Origin: Podarcis cretensis
Lineage: Eukaryota
DNA length: 64,000 nucleotides
Direction of reading: 5' to 3'
NCBI GenBank assembly: GCA_951804945.1
Contig: OX638151.1
Location: forward strand, 79,980,001 to 80,044,000
The notes below the pieces were generated by a model, which saw only the letters and a program-made list of their open reading frames with translations, did no database searches and was not told where the DNA came from. This document shows, piece after piece, positions 62,604 through 64,000 of the stretch; the first letter of the stretch is position 1, and the number at the start of each line of letters is the position of its first letter. The position numbers and the translations under genes were made by a program.

Positions 62604-63883
62604 TGCTCATGGAGTAATGAGAACCAAAGTATATAGTCTGGGTTGAAGTAGAGTATCGGTAAATACCAAACTCATATGCAGCCACATCCCTACTCGACTG
62701 GGCCAGACACCAACTCTCAGTCTACCCTACCTCTCAAGAAATGTTGTGACAGAATGGAAAGTGGTGTGAAGAGAACCATGAACAATTTGGAGGAAGGGCA
62801 GGATATAAATGTACTAAAGCAAATATAAAGTTGCTTTGTTTTTGCTGGTTTTCCCCTCGGCTGCCAGGAAGGATAGTTTCACTTTGCTTGCAAAGTAGCC
62901 TGTTTATATTAGCCTTAATGGAAAATGCTATGACACCCATTCACATTACAGTCAGAGTATAATGGTAATATTCAGCATTGGTTATGAGATGTTATGAGTA
63001 ATGGGCCTTGCCTAAATCCATTTTGTGCTGCTCCATTGACTTCAAAGATGCTTTAGACAAACAGACGAGAGTCCTGCCAAGATTGTAAACGCCTCAGAAG
63101 CTGGCATGGATTTCTTTCTTCTTCTTCTTTGGCCAGACCCTGCTCACCCTCTGAAACTGTCAGTGCTGAGGACAAGACATGCAACTGAGATGATTCTAAT
63201 GGAAACCCCTAGAGCTTAGAAATAATTTGTGTGCACTCTTACAGTGGACTATACTGCTTTCGGCTTCCCCCCTCCCCCGGAAAAAGAATCAAAATGCTAA
63301 TTAGAAGCGCAACTATAGCAACAGTGAAAGTTTTCTTACCTATTATGTACATTGTGCAGTGTGCATAATACTTTACATAGTTTAAGATCCCTGTACCCTG
63401 CCCCAAGGAAATTACCATCTCAAATTGGGTATGTTGAGGCTGTTGGAAGGGGAGCAATTTGCAGTTGTTCACATGCTTAGGTTTAGTTACAGACCGGGCT
63501 ATAGTAGGGTTGGAAAAGCTATAGGGATTCTGTCAAAAGCCCCATGGAAATGGTGGGGTGCTGCTGCTGCTAAGTAAATATTTGAATGAGGTAAAAGATC
63601 AAGACTCAAATGCCTCATCCTCTAATAAGAAAACCCTTAATGGAAAGATCCCCAGACTGTGGGTGTCTTCTCAACAAAGAAAACTAACAACAACAATAAT
63701 AATACTAATAATTATTTTTACCAGATCTGCATCCTATATGCAGGACAAACTACAAATCTATCTTAATTTGCTGAACTCTAGAAATCTTATAGAAAAAGGA
63801 TTGCTATACGTTTTTATAAAGTTTTCATGGTTTTCTTATCAGCTATTTGCCAAAGAAACTACAGAGAGTGGTTGAGCAACTGA

Positions 63884-63884
63884 A

Positions 63885-63920
<36 letters not shown>
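63884..63920. repeat. (CT)n microsatellite
   Basis: Directly visible. Confidence 0.9.
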
Positions 63921-64000
63921 GTCCCCTTTATAGATGAAGACAACATCTGGATATGTCCCAAAGACTTGACAATCAGGCTGCAGCACAAATGGCCAGCAGG

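Overview
Eukaryotic genomic DNA, most likely a squamate reptile and probably a lacertid lizard. This is inferred from the repeat families (BovB/RTE 3' end, Squam3-like SINEs, squamate L1/L2/CR1 and hAT/Tc-mariner MITEs), recognised from memory rather than by database search. The window looks intronic or gene-desert. I can recognise no protein-coding gene, RNA gene or CRISPR array. ORFs with recognisable protein similarity are all decayed retrotransposon fragments (CR1 endonuclease and C-terminus, L2, L1, RTE-type RT). Several MITEs and one L1 have directly visible TIRs and/or target-site duplications. There is a 252-N assembly gap. Repeat-free, CpG-retaining, TF-motif-rich blocks look like conserved non-coding enhancers, but conservation cannot be tested here. 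The most unusual observations are: (i) two unrelated LTR-like elements that each carry a frameshifted acidic to Ser/Pro to basic ORF; (ii) several long near-perfect hairpins, including a locally inverted-duplicated SINE and a pre-miRNA-sized palindrome; (iii) an isolated symmetric 81-nt candidate exon. I see no convincing evidence for a complete novel biological system.
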